In this document: piece by piece, positions 42,799 through 55,658 of the stretch
Layout: the number at the start of each line of letters is the position of its first letter
Numbering within the stretch: the stretch's first letter is position 1
Assembly (NCBI RefSeq): GCF_041248615.1
Contig: NZ_CP158426.1
DNA: 64,000 nucleotides
DNA from: Escherichia coli
GTDB taxonomy: Bacteria; Pseudomonadota; Gammaproteobacteria; Enterobacterales; Enterobacteriaceae
Reading direction: 5' to 3' (one strand)
Translations under genes and position numbers: made by a program
The notes under the pieces: model-generated
What the model was told of the DNA's origin: nothing
Databases searched by the model: none
The model's input: only the letters and a program-made list of their open reading frames with translations

Positions 42799-45300
42799 AT
42801 GGCCCTGATTGTGGAATTTATTTGTGAGCTACCTAACGGCGTACATGCGCGCCCGGCAAGCCACGTTGAAACGCTGTGTAATACTTTTTCATCACAAATT
42901 GAGTGGCATAACCTGCGCACTGACCGCAAGGGCAACGCCAAAAGCGCCCTTGCGCTGATTGGCACCGATACGCTGGTGGGCGATAACTGCCAGTTACTGA
43001 TTTCCGGGGCCGACGAACAGGAAGCGCACCAGCGTTTAAGCCAATGGCTGCGCGATGAATTCCCCCACTGCGACGCACCGCTGGCGGAAGTAAAATCTGA
43101 CGAACTGGAACCACTGCCGGTTTCACTGACCAATCTGAATCCGCGAATTATCCGCGCCCGCACCGTGTGCAGCGGTAGCGCAGGCGGCATTCTGACGCCG
43201 ATCTCTTCTTTAGATCTCAATGCGCTGGGTAATCTTCCCGCTGCCAAAGGCGTTGATGCCGAACAATCCGCACTGGAAAACGGCCTGACGCTGGTACTGA
43301 AAAACATAGAGTTTCGTCTGCTGGATAGCGACGGTGCTACCAGCGCGATTCTGGAAGCGCACCGATCCCTGGCTGGCGATACTTCCCTGCGCGAACATTT
43401 ACTGGCAGGCGTCAGCGAGGGATTAAGCTGTGCCGAAGCGATTGTCGCCAGTGCACACCACTTCTGCGAAGAGTTCGCCCGTTCCAGCAGCAGCTACCTG
43501 CAAGAACGCGCCCTGGACGTACGCGACGTCTGCTTCCAGTTACTCCAGCAAATCTACGGTGAGCAACGCTTCCCGGCACCGGGCAAACTGACGCAGCCCG
43601 CCATTTGTATGGCTGATGAACTAACCCCCAGCCAGTTCCTCGAACTGGATAAAAATCACCTCAAAGGATTGTTGCTCAAAAGCGGCGGCACCACCTCACA
43701 TACCGTAATTCTTGCCCGTTCGTTCAACATTCCGACGCTGGTTGGTGTGGATATTGATGCCCTTACCCCGTGGCAACATCAAACGATTTATATCGACGGC
43801 AACGCCGGAGCGATTGTGGTTGAGCCAGGGGAAGCCGTAGCCCGTTATTATCAGCAAGAAGCCCGCGTACAGGATGCCCTGCGTGAGCAACAGCGTGTCT
43901 GGCTGACCCAACAAGCCCGTACCGCTGATGGTATCCGCATTGAAATTGCTGCTAACATCGCTCACTCCGTGGAAGCGCAGGCCGCATTCGGCAATGGTGC
44001 GGAAGGAGTTGGTTTGTTCCGCACTGAAATGCTCTATATGGATCGCACCAGCGCACCGGGCGAAAGCGAGCTGTACAACATTTTTTGTCAGGCGCTGGAG
44101 TCCGCCAACGGACGCAGCATTATTGTGCGCACTATGGATATTGGCGGTGACAAACCCGTTGATTATCTGAACATTCCCGCAGAGGCAAACCCGTTCCTCG
44201 GTTATCGCGCCGTGCGTATTTATGAAGAGTACGCGTCGTTATTTACCACACAACTACGGTCGATTCTCCGTGCCTCCGCTCACGGCAGCCTGAAAATCAT
44301 GATCCCGATGATCTCTTCAATGGAAGAGATCTTATGGGTGAAAGAAAAACTGGCGGAAGCCAAACAGCAACTGCGCAATGAACATATTCCGTTTGATGAG
44401 AAGATCCAGCTTGGCATCATGCTTGAAGTGCCGTCGGTGATGTTCATCATCGATCAATGCTGTGAAGAGATTGATTTCTTTAGTATTGGTAGTAATGACC
44501 TGACGCAATATCTGCTGGCAGTAGATCGCGATAACGCTAAGGTTACTCGTCACTACAACAGCCTGAATCCGGCATTCTTACGGGCGCTCGATTACGCCGT
44601 GCAGGCGGTGCATCGCCAGGGCAAATGGATTGGTCTGTGCGGTGAACTGGGAGCGAAAGGTTCCGTGCTGCCGTTGCTGGTCGGTTTAGGGCTGGATGAG
44701 CTGAGCATGAGCGCACCATCAATTCCGGCGGCGAAAGCGCGGATGGCGCAACTTGATAGCCGCGAATGCCGCCAGTTGCTCAACCAGGCAATGGCCTGCC
44801 GTACTTCGCTGGAAGTGGAACACCTGCTGGCGCAATTCCGCATGACCCAACAGGACGCGCCGCTGGTCACCGCCGAGTGCATCACGCTGGAAAGCGACTG
44901 GCGCAGCAAAGAAGAAGTGCTGAAAGGCATGACCGATAACCTGCTACTGGCGGGCCGCTGCCGCTATCCGCGTAAACTGGAAGCCGACTTGTGGGCACGC
45001 GAGGCCGTTTTCTCTACCGGTCTGGGCTTTAGTTTTGCCATTCCCCACAGCAAATCGGAACATATTGAGCAATCCACCATCAGCGTAGCGCGTCTGCAAG
45101 CGCCGGTGCGCTGGGGCGATGATGAAGCACAATTCATCATTATGTTAACCCTGAACAAACATGCTGCGGGCGATCAGCACATGCGCATTTTCTCGCGCCT
45201 CGCTCGCCGCATCATGCACGAAGAATTCCGTAACGCGCTGGTTAACGCCGCCTCTGCCGACGCTATCGCCAGCCTGCTGCAACATGAACTGGAACTGTAA
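42799..45300 (+). CDS. ptsA: multiphosphoryl transfer protein (EI / HPr / EIIA-Fru fusion)
   Basis: 833-aa product [88 protein letters not shown]...; divergent from frwC. Confidence 0.95.
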   Translation: MALIVEFICELPNGVHARPASHVETLCNTFSSQIEWHNLRTDRKGNAKSALALIGTDTLVGDNCQLLISGADEQEAHQRLSQWLRDEFPHCDAPLAEVKSDELEPLPVSLTNLNPRIIRARTVCSGSAGGILTPISSLDLNALGNLPAAKGVDAEQSALENGLTLVLKNIEFRLLDSDGATSAILEAHRSLAGDTSLREHLLAGVSEGLSCAEAIVASAHHFCEEFARSSSSYLQERALDVRDVCFQLLQQIYGEQRFPAPGKLTQPAICMADELTPSQFLELDKNHLKGLLLKSGGTTSHTVILARSFNIPTLVGVDIDALTPWQHQTIYIDGNAGAIVVEPGEAVARYYQQEARVQDALREQQRVWLTQQARTADGIRIEIAANIAHSVEAQAAFGNGAEGVGLFRTEMLYMDRTSAPGESELYNIFCQALESANGRSIIVRTMDIGGDKPVDYLNIPAEANPFLGYRAVRIYEEYASLFTTQLRSILRASAHGSLKIMIPMISSMEEILWVKEKLAEAKQQLRNEHIPFDEKIQLGIMLEVPSVMFIIDQCCEEIDFFSIGSNDLTQYLLAVDRDNAKVTRHYNSLNPAFLRALDYAVQAVHRQGKWIGLCGELGAKGSVLPLLVGLGLDELSMSAPSIPAAKARMAQLDSRECRQLLNQAMACRTSLEVEHLLAQFRMTQQDAPLVTAECITLESDWRSKEEVLKGMTDNLLLAGRCRYPRKLEADLWAREAVFSTGLGFSFAIPHSKSEHIEQSTISVARLQAPVRWGDDEAQFIIMLTLNKHAAGDQHMRIFSRLARRIMHEEFRNALVNAASADAIASLLQHELEL

Positions 45301-45311
45301 AAGGAAACATC

Positions 45312-45974
45312 ATGGAACTGTATCTGGACACCGCTAACGTCGCAGAAGTCGAACGTCTGGCACGTATATTCCCGATTGCCGGGGTGACAACTAACCCGAG
45401 CATTATCGCTGCCAGCAAGGAGTCCATCTGGGAAGTGCTGCCGCGCCTGCAAAAAGCGATCGGTGATGAGGGCATTCTGTTTGCTCAGACCATGAGCCGT
45501 GATGCGCAGGGAATGGTGGAAGAAGCGAAGCGCCTGCGCGACACCATTCCGGGCATTGTGGTTAAAATCCCGGTGACTTCCGAAGGTCTGGCAGCAATTA
45601 AAATACTGAAAAAAGAGGGTATTACTACACTTGGCACCGCTGTATATAGCGCCGCACAAGGGTTATTAGCCGCACTGGCAGGGGCAAAATACGTTGCTCC
45701 GTATGTTAACCGCGTAGATGCCCAGGGCGGAGACGGCATTCGTACGGTTCAGGAGCTGCAAGCGCTGTTAGAAATGCACGCACCAGAAAGCATGGTGCTG
45801 GCGGCCAGCTTTAAAACGCCGCGTCAGGCGCTGGACTGTTTACTGGCAGGATGTGAATCCATCACCCTGCCCTTAGATGTAGCGCAACAAATGCTCAACA
45901 CCCCTGCGGTAGAGTCAGCTATAGAGAAGTTCGAACACGACTGGAATGCCGCATTTGGCACTACTCATCTCTAA
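45312..45974 (+). CDS. fsaB: fructose-6-phosphate aldolase 2
   Basis: 220-aa product [113 protein letters not shown]... Confidence 0.96.
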   Translation: MELYLDTANVAEVERLARIFPIAGVTTNPSIIAASKESIWEVLPRLQKAIGDEGILFAQTMSRDAQGMVEEAKRLRDTIPGIVVKIPVTSEGLAAIKILKKEGITTLGTAVYSAAQGLLAALAGAKYVAPYVNRVDAQGGDGIRTVQELQALLEMHAPESMVLAASFKTPRQALDCLLAGCESITLPLDVAQQMLNTPAVESAIEKFEHDWNAAFGTTHL

Positions 45975-45984
45975 AGGAGCAATT

Positions 45985-47088
45985 ATGGACCGCATTATTC
46001 AATCACCGGGTAAATACATCCAGGGCGCTGATGTGATTAATCGTCTGGGCGAATACCTGAAGCCGCTGGCAGAACGCTGGTTAGTGGTGGGTGACAAATT
46101 TGTTTTAGGTTTTGCTCAATCCACTGTCGAGAAAAGCTTTAAAGATGCTGGACTGGTAGTAGAAATTGCGCCGTTTGGCGGTGAATGTTCGCAAAATGAG
46201 ATCGACCGTCTGCGTGGCATCGCGGAGACTGCGCAGTGTGGCGCAATTCTCGGTATCGGTGGCGGAAAAACTCTCGATACTGCCAAAGCACTGGCACATT
46301 TCATGGGTGTTCCGGTAGCGATCGCACCGACTATCGCCTCTACCGACGCACCGTGCAGCGCATTGTCTGTTATCTACACCGATGATGGTGAATTTGACCG
46401 CTATCTGATGTTGCCAAATAACCCGAATATGGTCATTGTCGACACCAAAATCGTCGCTGGCGCACCTGCACGTCTGTTAGCGGCGGGTATCGGCGATGCG
46501 CTGGCAACCTGGTTTGAAGCACGCGCCTGTTCCCGTAGCGGCGCGACCACTATGGCGGGCGGCAAGTGTACCCAGGCGGCGCTGGCACTGGCAGAACTGT
46601 GCTACAACACTCTGCTGGAAGAAGGCGAAAAAGCGATGCTTGCCGCCGAACAGCATGTAGTGACTCCGGCGCTGGAGCGCGTGATTGAAGCGAACACCTA
46701 TTTGAGCGGCGTTGGTTTTGAAAGCGGCGGGCTGGCGGCGGCTCACGCGGTGCATAACGGCCTGACCGCTATCCCGGACGCGCATCACTATTACCACGGT
46801 GAAAAAGTGGCATTTGGTACGCTGACGCAGCTGGTTCTGGAAAATGCGCCGGTGGAGGAAATCGAAACCGTAGCTGCACTTAGCCATGCGGTAGGTTTGC
46901 CAATAACTCTCGCTCAACTGGATATTAAAGAAGATGTCCCGGCGAAAATGCGAATTGTGGCAGAAGCGGCATGTGCAGAAGGTGAAACCATCCACAACAT
47001 GCCTGGCGGCGCGACGCCAGATCAGGTTTACGCTGCACTGCTGGTAGCCGACCAGTACGGTCAGCGTTTCCTGCAAGAGTGGGAATAA
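45985..47088 (+). CDS. gldA: glycerol dehydrogenase (367 aa)
   Basis: Product from [76 protein letters not shown]...; track ORF over-extended by 13 codons. Confidence 0.95.
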   Translation: MDRIIQSPGKYIQGADVINRLGEYLKPLAERWLVVGDKFVLGFAQSTVEKSFKDAGLVVEIAPFGGECSQNEIDRLRGIAETAQCGAILGIGGGKTLDTAKALAHFMGVPVAIAPTIASTDAPCSALSVIYTDDGEFDRYLMLPNNPNMVIVDTKIVAGAPARLLAAGIGDALATWFEARACSRSGATTMAGGKCTQAALALAELCYNTLLEEGEKAMLAAEQHVVTPALERVIEANTYLSGVGFESGGLAAAHAVHNGLTAIPDAHHYYHGEKVAFGTLTQLVLENAPVEEIETVAALSHAVGLPITLAQLDIKEDVPAKMRIVAEAACAEGETIHNMPGGATPDQVYAALLVADQYGQRFLQEWE

Positions 47089-47096
47089 CCTACTCC

Positions 47097-47123
47097 AAAC
47101 TCCCGGATTGTCCGGGAGTTTGA
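47097..47123 (+). terminator. rho-independent terminator after gldA
   Basis: Hairpin caaactcccgg-attg-tccgggagtttg within 10 bp of gldA stop. Confidence 0.7.
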
Positions 47124-47169
47124 GAGTGCAGGCAAAGTGGCTCACTCGTCACTGCGGGCATGTTTTTCC

Positions 47170-47269
47170 CCCTCGCCCTTTCAGGGAGAGGGTCGGGATG
47201 AGGGTAAATATTCGCCCCGGAGCTGGCCTGTTCCCCTCACCCTAACCCTCTCCCCAAAGGGGAGAGGGG
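47170..47269. repeat. pair of GC-rich palindromic intergenic repeats (copies 2 and 3) in inverted orientation
   Basis: ccctcgccctttcagggagagggtcgggatgaggg (47170-47204) and cccctcaccctaaccctctccccaaaggggagagggg (47233-47269); the second is the reverse complement of the 31623-31659 copy. Confidence 0.6.
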
Positions 47270-47418
47270 ACTGTTCGAGCACTTTTTATACGTTATCACC
47301 CGTCTGAAACTCACACGTTGTTCAGGAATTTTTTATCCGCTTCTGGACATTTTCTCTACAGAACAATCGTTAGCCCGGAAGGTCGAATCTGTGACTCTTA
47401 TTTTCACGGACGAACCAG

Positions 47419-48036
47419 ATGAAAGCTTCACTGGCGCTGGTCAGCCTGCTAACGGCGTTTACCAGCAACTCCTTAAAATCTCCGGCCGTTCCACCAACCG
47501 TGGTACAAATCCAGGCCAACACCAACCTTGCCATCGCAGACGGTGCCAGACAGCAAATCGGCAGCACGCTATTTTACGATCCGGCGTATGTGCAGCTTAC
47601 CTATCCTGGCGGTGATGTCCCGCAAGAACGCGGCGTATGTTCCGATGTGGTGATCCGCGCCTTGCGCAGCCAGAAGGTCGATTTGCAGAAACTGGTTCAC
47701 GAAGATATGGCGAAGAATTTTGCTGAGTACCCGCAAAAATGGCAGTTAAAGCGCCCGGACAGCAACATCGATCACCGTCGGGTGCCTAATCTGGAAACCT
47801 GGTTTAGCCGCCATGATAAAACACGCCCCACCAGCAAGAACCCCAGTGACTATCAAGCGGGCGATATTGTCTCCTGGCGACTGGATAACGGGCTGGCGCA
47901 TATTGGGGTGGTGTCAGATGGCTTTGCCCGCGACGGTACGCCGCTGGTGATACATAACATTGGCGCAGGCGCGCAGGAAGAAGACGTGCTGTTTAGCTGG
48001 CGGATGGTGGGGCACTATCGGTATTTTGTTAAATAA
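47419..48036 (+). CDS. yijF: DUF1287-family protein YijF (signal peptide predicted)
   Basis: 205-aa product MKASLALVSLLTAFTSNSLKSPAVPPTVVQIQANTNLAIADGARQQIGSTLFYDPAYVQLTYPGGDVPQERGVCSDVVIRALRSQKVDLQKLVHEDM... Confidence 0.9.
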   Translation: MKASLALVSLLTAFTSNSLKSPAVPPTVVQIQANTNLAIADGARQQIGSTLFYDPAYVQLTYPGGDVPQERGVCSDVVIRALRSQKVDLQKLVHEDMAKNFAEYPQKWQLKRPDSNIDHRRVPNLETWFSRHDKTRPTSKNPSDYQAGDIVSWRLDNGLAHIGVVSDGFARDGTPLVIHNIGAGAQEEDVLFSWRMVGHYRYFVK

Positions 48037-48062
48037 GCGATCGCCCCACATGAAGAAAAAAT

Positions 48063-48968
48063 TCAGATGTTTTTTACACTGACAGCTTCTTTTTTCTTAC
48101 GGCTCACCAGCGCCAGTGCCAGCACAATCAGCACAATACCGCTACCTTCAACGGCCCCCGGATTCTCACCGAGCAACCACCAGGAAAAGAGTACGCCGCA
48201 AACGGGAACGGCCAGTGTGCTTAAGCTGGCAATACTGGCAGGCAAGTTTTTCAATACAAACAACCATAAGCTCCACGCCAGCGCCGTCGCCAGAATCGCA
48301 CTGTAGGCCAGAGCCCAGAACACGGTGGGCTGCCAGTCAATTTCACGTTGTGGCACCAGTAAAGCGACCGCACTCATCACCAGCGCCGCATAAAGCATCT
48401 GCCAGGATGTTAACGACAATAAATCCACGCGTGGATGGCGGGCGTATAGGCGTTTCGCGACAATCGCGCTCGCCCCCCAACTAACACCGGAGAGGATTGC
48501 CAGCAGGGCACTTTTCATCGAAGAGAAATCGAGTTGCCACGGCTGCAACACCAAAAATAAGCCGAAAGCGGCAATCAGTATCGCGAAATATTGCCCACGT
48601 CGCAGGCGTTCACCGAGAAACAACGCGGCGAAAATCACCACCCAGAACGGCATGGTATAGCTCAGGATCGCCACCTTCCCCGCTCCTCCGCTAACCAGCG
48701 CCCACTGCGCCAGGCCAACCATCCCACAGGTTTGTAACAGGGCAATGGCTAAGGTGTATTTAAACGGTGTCGGGCGCATTCCGCGACCACGTAATAAAAG
48801 GACAATGAATAAAACGAGAGCGCCGAAAATGCAGCGTAAGGCGGTGAAGTCGAAGGCACCGATGTAGCTGGTGACTTGCTTCATGAAAATCCAGCTATAA
48901 CTCCAGATAAGTGTGAGCACAACCAGGCCACTGATTGCCAGTGGGTTGCTCTTTCCTGCGGCAGACAT
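48063..48968 (-). CDS. yijE: EamA/DMT-family transporter (cystine exporter YijE, 301 aa)
   Basis: Ten-helix hydrophobic product from [71 protein letters not shown]...; track ORF over-extended by 11 codons. Confidence 0.9.
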   Translation of the reverse strand: MSAAGKSNPLAISGLVVLTLIWSYSWIFMKQVTSYIGAFDFTALRCIFGALVLFIVLLLRGRGMRPTPFKYTLAIALLQTCGMVGLAQWALVSGGAGKVAILSYTMPFWVVIFAALFLGERLRRGQYFAILIAAFGLFLVLQPWQLDFSSMKSALLAILSGVSWGASAIVAKRLYARHPRVDLLSLTSWQMLYAALVMSAVALLVPQREIDWQPTVFWALAYSAILATALAWSLWLFVLKNLPASIASLSTLAVPVCGVLFSWWLLGENPGAVEGSGIVLIVLALALVSRKKKEAVSVKNI

Positions 48969-49019
48969 GAGAGATCCAGTGTGTAGTTTTCCTGTGGACA
49001 CTATACGCCGGTAAAGAAA

Positions 49020-49051
49020 CTTCAGCGACTGCCATCAGGCAGTCGCTGAAG
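49020..49051. terminator. strong palindrome between katG 3' end and yijE 5' end (terminator-like, no clear T-run)
   Basis: 14-bp perfect stem cttcagcgactgcc / ggcagtcgctgaag with 4-nt loop, 10 bp downstream of katG stop. Confidence 0.5.
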
Positions 49052-49060
49052 AAGGTCAGA

Positions 49061-51295
<2,235 letters not shown>

Positions 51296-51569
51296 TTATA
51301 ATTGAATTAATCCACGGATGCGATAGTTGAGATCTTACATATTGTTGGTTAAAGAGATGTAGATCAAATTGATCGTAATTAAGCTTTTTTGATTATGTCC
51401 GAATTCGGACAAATGCTTTATAAAAAAGGGTTTTAGCTTTATATCCTTCAAGTAATGAGGGAGAAAACAAGGCTGACACCCTTATTTTCCCGCCCTCATT
51501 TCGAGGCAGCATTTTGTGCTCTGTTTAAAATTTGTGATCACTGTGTGATTTTCACAAAAGCCACACTAT

Positions 51570-52463
<894 letters not shown>

Positions 52464-52504
52464 TTACCTCATCAATCGCTTGTAGTTATATGTTGTGTTG
52501 TGAA

Positions 52505-52540
52505 CATCTATCCATTTAGACGTCCAGATGTAAAGATGAA
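52505..52540 (-). promoter_or_regulatory. MetJ operator (tandem met boxes) upstream of metF (approximate)
   Basis: Minus strand reads tandem 8-mers resembling AGACGTCT (CATCTGGA CGTCTAAA TGGATAGA) 45-80 bp upstream of the metF start. Confidence 0.55.
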
Positions 52541-52758
52541 GGAAAAGCCGAGGGGCGTCAACCGAAAAATGACCAATGATGGTGAGGAAAAATCAGGGAA
52601 GTTGAAAAAAACTCATCTTAATTAGAGGCGATAAAAGATTTCTCTATAGCGCAATCCACCTCGCACGTTTTGACTGATATTCTGACAACACAGCGACACC
52701 TGGGCTTATTCGAAAAACAACGTCCTGCCACCGGATGGTGATGCTAAGGCATCTGATT

Positions 52759-52782
52759 CGGCCTGCGCCCTCGCGTAGGCCG
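52759..52782. repeat. REP-like palindrome / terminator downstream of the nucleotidase gene
   Basis: Perfect palindrome cggcct-gcgccctcgcgt-aggccg flanked by GTAGGCCGAATA, resembling REP (GTAGGCCTGATAAG...) elements; sits near the left edge of the metF-metL insertion. Confidence 0.5.
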
Positions 52783-52841
52783 AATACTGGATCTGCAAAA
52801 TCAACTGGTAACAAACAGATGAATCAACTCAATACGTACTT

Positions 52842-54395
52842 TTACTTGATATCTTTCACGCGCATACCGTTGATCTGTTCATCCGTGATGGTGTTACCCG
52901 CTTTGAAGTAATCAACCACGGCGTGATAAACGTAATAACCGCCCGTTGTGTTACGCGCTTTCCCTTCGGTAAAGGCGGTAAAACCATCTCCACCATCAGC
53001 AAGGAAACTCTGAGTAGCAATGTGGTAAATCGTCGCATCTTCAATGGGTTTGCCATTCAGAGTCAGCGTGATTACCCGCTGACCAACCGGCTTACTGCTG
53101 TCGTACTTCATTTCCAGGCCTTTCGATACCTGTAAAACGCCATTACTTAAACTTGCGCCGTGTTCCATCAAACTGCGTAATTGTTTACCCGTGAGATCCA
53201 TCGTCACCAGTTCGTTGGGAAACGGGAAGGTACTGATGACGCCGCCCATCGTAATCGCCCCTGCGGGGATCTCATTGCGAATGCCGCCAGAGTTGGTTAA
53301 CGCCAATTGGGTGTTTTTACCCGCCGCTACCAGTAAAGCATCAGCCGCCAGGTTCCCGAGGGAAGCCGATTCACCATAGGCACGTTTTAATTCAACCGGC
53401 GATTTCGCGACCGTTTGTTGCACCACTTCATCAAGCTTTTTATTCCAGCCGTCGATCACCTGTTTTGTTTGCGGATCGGGCTTCCACTCGTCGGCGTAAA
53501 TGGTTTTAAGCTCGAAGTTTTTCACCGTAAAATCATGCGGCTTCTCTTTGTAGTCGAGAACCAGTTTGCCCACATCAATCCCGCCGCTGTCAGTGGAGAG
53601 GATGAGCGTATTGCCGACTTTAATCGGTTCCGGCGTACCCACATGCGCATGTCCGGTGATCAAAATATCCAGCCCTTTCACCTGACTTGCCGTCTGAATA
53701 TCTTTATCCAGCGCGCGACGCACATCTGTGCCTCCCATACTGGACTGGCGGGCCGGAACACCTTCATGGATCAGGGCGACGGTCAAATCAACCTTGCCTT
53801 TAAGTTCATCGATATAACGTTGTAGCCATTTAATTTCATCACGCGCTTCAATCCCCACTCGCGTTGCCGCAGATACCGTGTCATTAAAGGCAAATACACC
53901 GTGCAAACCTATAACGCCTATTTTCACTCCGTCTTTTTCGATGATGGTATATGGCTTATCCCAGAATGATTTACTGCTGTTCTGATAAAAAACATTGCCC
54001 TGCACAATAGGGAATTTTGCCTGACTCAACTGTAATAATGTGTTGTCCCAGCCGTGGTCAAATTCATGGTTGCCTATCGTGACGGCATCAAACGGCATAG
54101 TATTCATAATATCGATAATAGCCTTACCTTTGGTCAGGCTGCTGATATATGGCCCGGTAAAATAATCACCCGCATCAAAAAACCATGTCGCTTTATTTTT
54201 TGCTTTTTCTTGCTTAACCAGCGTAGTGATATTTGCCCAGCCGCCAATATCCCGTTTACCATCAGCGATCCACGGCACTTTATAAGGCTCGACATGCGCA
54301 TGGAGGTCGTTGGTATAAATGATGGTGACATCTTTGGCGCAAGCCCAAAACGGCAGTGTTAATGCGATACCCGCAGCAAGTATTTTAATTTTCAT
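52842..54395 (-). CDS. secreted bifunctional metallophosphoesterase / 5'-nucleotidase-family protein (UshA/CpdB-like), accessory relative to K-12
   Basis: 517-aa product with signal peptide [20 protein letters not shown], calcineurin-like phosphoesterase motifs DLHAH, GDYFTG, GNHEFD, GHAH, and 5'-nucleotidase C-terminal-domain signature ([12 protein letters not shown]...[16 protein letters not shown]); good SD AAGGGA 8 nt upstream of ATG. Confidence 0.85.
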   Translation of the reverse strand: MKIKILAAGIALTLPFWACAKDVTIIYTNDLHAHVEPYKVPWIADGKRDIGGWANITTLVKQEKAKNKATWFFDAGDYFTGPYISSLTKGKAIIDIMNTMPFDAVTIGNHEFDHGWDNTLLQLSQAKFPIVQGNVFYQNSSKSFWDKPYTIIEKDGVKIGVIGLHGVFAFNDTVSAATRVGIEARDEIKWLQRYIDELKGKVDLTVALIHEGVPARQSSMGGTDVRRALDKDIQTASQVKGLDILITGHAHVGTPEPIKVGNTLILSTDSGGIDVGKLVLDYKEKPHDFTVKNFELKTIYADEWKPDPQTKQVIDGWNKKLDEVVQQTVAKSPVELKRAYGESASLGNLAADALLVAAGKNTQLALTNSGGIRNEIPAGAITMGGVISTFPFPNELVTMDLTGKQLRSLMEHGASLSNGVLQVSKGLEMKYDSSKPVGQRVITLTLNGKPIEDATIYHIATQSFLADGGDGFTAFTEGKARNTTGGYYVYHAVVDYFKAGNTITDEQINGMRVKDIK

Positions 54396-54454
54396 AAACA
54401 GTCCCTTTCAGTGAGATAAAGGATTGCTACATTACGTTCTGAAAGAGTTATTTA

Positions 54455-54470
54455 TGTGAGAGTAATCACA
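54455..54470. promoter_or_regulatory. consensus CRP-binding site in divergent promoter region
   Basis: Perfect TGTGA-N6-TCACA (TGTGAgagtaaTCACA), centred about 67 bp upstream of the nucleotidase ATG and about 65 bp upstream of the zinc-ribbon gene ATG. Confidence 0.6.
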
Positions 54471-54527
54471 TCCACAGGGGAGCGTTGCCGGACAAAATCA
54501 ACGACCATGTGAAATCGTTGGTGATAT

Positions 54528-55658
54528 ATGTCGACTCTGTTTACGATTAATGCCTGCAAGTCGTTTGGTTGCCGTAATTTAGGGCAGCCAACATCTAAAG
54601 ATTATAGCTGGCCCGACTATCGGCTGGGTTATCCGGCATTGCACTGTCGGGCATGTGGCAGTTACCCGCCGTTGTTTGACGAGCAACAATTTCGTGACTG
54701 GTTGTCAGTTCACTTATCTACTTTTGCAACAGAGAAAGGCCATTTTTGCCCGGTATGTTATGGCACAAAGACGATTTGTTATGGCCACAATCCACAGGGG
54801 TCGCAACGCATTCAATGTCGTAACTGCAAAAAAGTCTGGACACCTAAACAATATCAGAAAGAAATAACGCCTCCTGAAATAATCGAAACGGTTGCTCTTC
54901 TGGTGCCATTTCAGGGAGCCAGCAATGGGCAGAAACTGTATGTTTTAATCAGTTTTGATGCTCTTCGCGGTAATATTCTTCATCTTTCTACTAATTACAC
55001 GCAGCATCAGGCTGGAGAAAGTCTGCATTATCGATACAGAGGGAATGCAGAACCAGAGTTACACGAGAGTAATATTGTACAACGCGTTGATATGCGCGAA
55101 GCACAATTTCTACGCCGCAGTCAGTTTGATGAAATTCAGTATGGCAGCGCAGCGCTCAAACGCAATGCTAAAGGTGTTATTCTGCGTCCGGTTATCACTG
55201 CACACGGGCATTTCAGAGTACTGAATATTTTATTCCCTACAGTAAAAACACATGTAATTTCACACGAGTGTTTTTTAAGAGGTGCGATTATTACGGCCTG
55301 GGCAGAACTGTTTCGCCAACAGCAAGGTGAGATTTGGTTTATTGAAGAGGAAATAGCTGACTATACCGATAATACGCCCTGGCGTTTTCAGGGAAAAACT
55401 TATCACGGCTGGTGGAAAAATCAGTGGCAACTCTGGGTTCAGGGCAAAAATCGTAAAATGGTATGTGCATTAACGGGCGGAAATATCAGCAAAGCTGAAA
55501 TGCTCTCTTTAGCAACCAGCAGACATTTTATCGACTGGCTACATAAACAAGCAGTATTTACTCACAGCGCCCCGCTTTCCGCAGGGCGCGTTACGCAAAT
55601 ACTGCTTTCTCTGGCTCAGGATTACAACAACTGCGCCAGGCGGTTAATATCCGACTGA
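54528..55658 (+). CDS. hypothetical tandem zinc-ribbon protein; second ribbon resembles the IS1 InsA zinc finger
   Basis: 376-aa ORF; CxxxxC...CxxC (CKSFGCRNLG...CRACG) then CPVCYGTKTICYGHNPQGSQRIQCRNCKKVW, which aligns with IS1 InsA [32 protein letters not shown]; C-terminal about 270 aa Trp-rich with no motif I recognise; last 12 codons are antisense to the metL 3' end. Confidence 0.6.
   Translation: MSTLFTINACKSFGCRNLGQPTSKDYSWPDYRLGYPALHCRACGSYPPLFDEQQFRDWLSVHLSTFATEKGHFCPVCYGTKTICYGHNPQGSQRIQCRNCKKVWTPKQYQKEITPPEIIETVALLVPFQGASNGQKLYVLISFDALRGNILHLSTNYTQHQAGESLHYRYRGNAEPELHESNIVQRVDMREAQFLRRSQFDEIQYGSAALKRNAKGVILRPVITAHGHFRVLNILFPTVKTHVISHECFLRGAIITAWAELFRQQQGEIWFIEEEIADYTDNTPWRFQGKTYHGWWKNQWQLWVQGKNRKMVCALTGGNISKAEMLSLATSRHFIDWLHKQAVFTHSAPLSAGRVTQILLSLAQDYNNCARRLISD

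Noticed and set aside
51525-51565. TGTGA-containing inverted repeats (TGTGATCAC and TGTGA-ttt-TCACA) just downstream of the metF stop, considered as a possible CRP site
   Set aside because: Half-site spacing is 3 bp rather than 6 bp and the element lies at the 3' end of metF; more likely part of a terminator or other palindrome.
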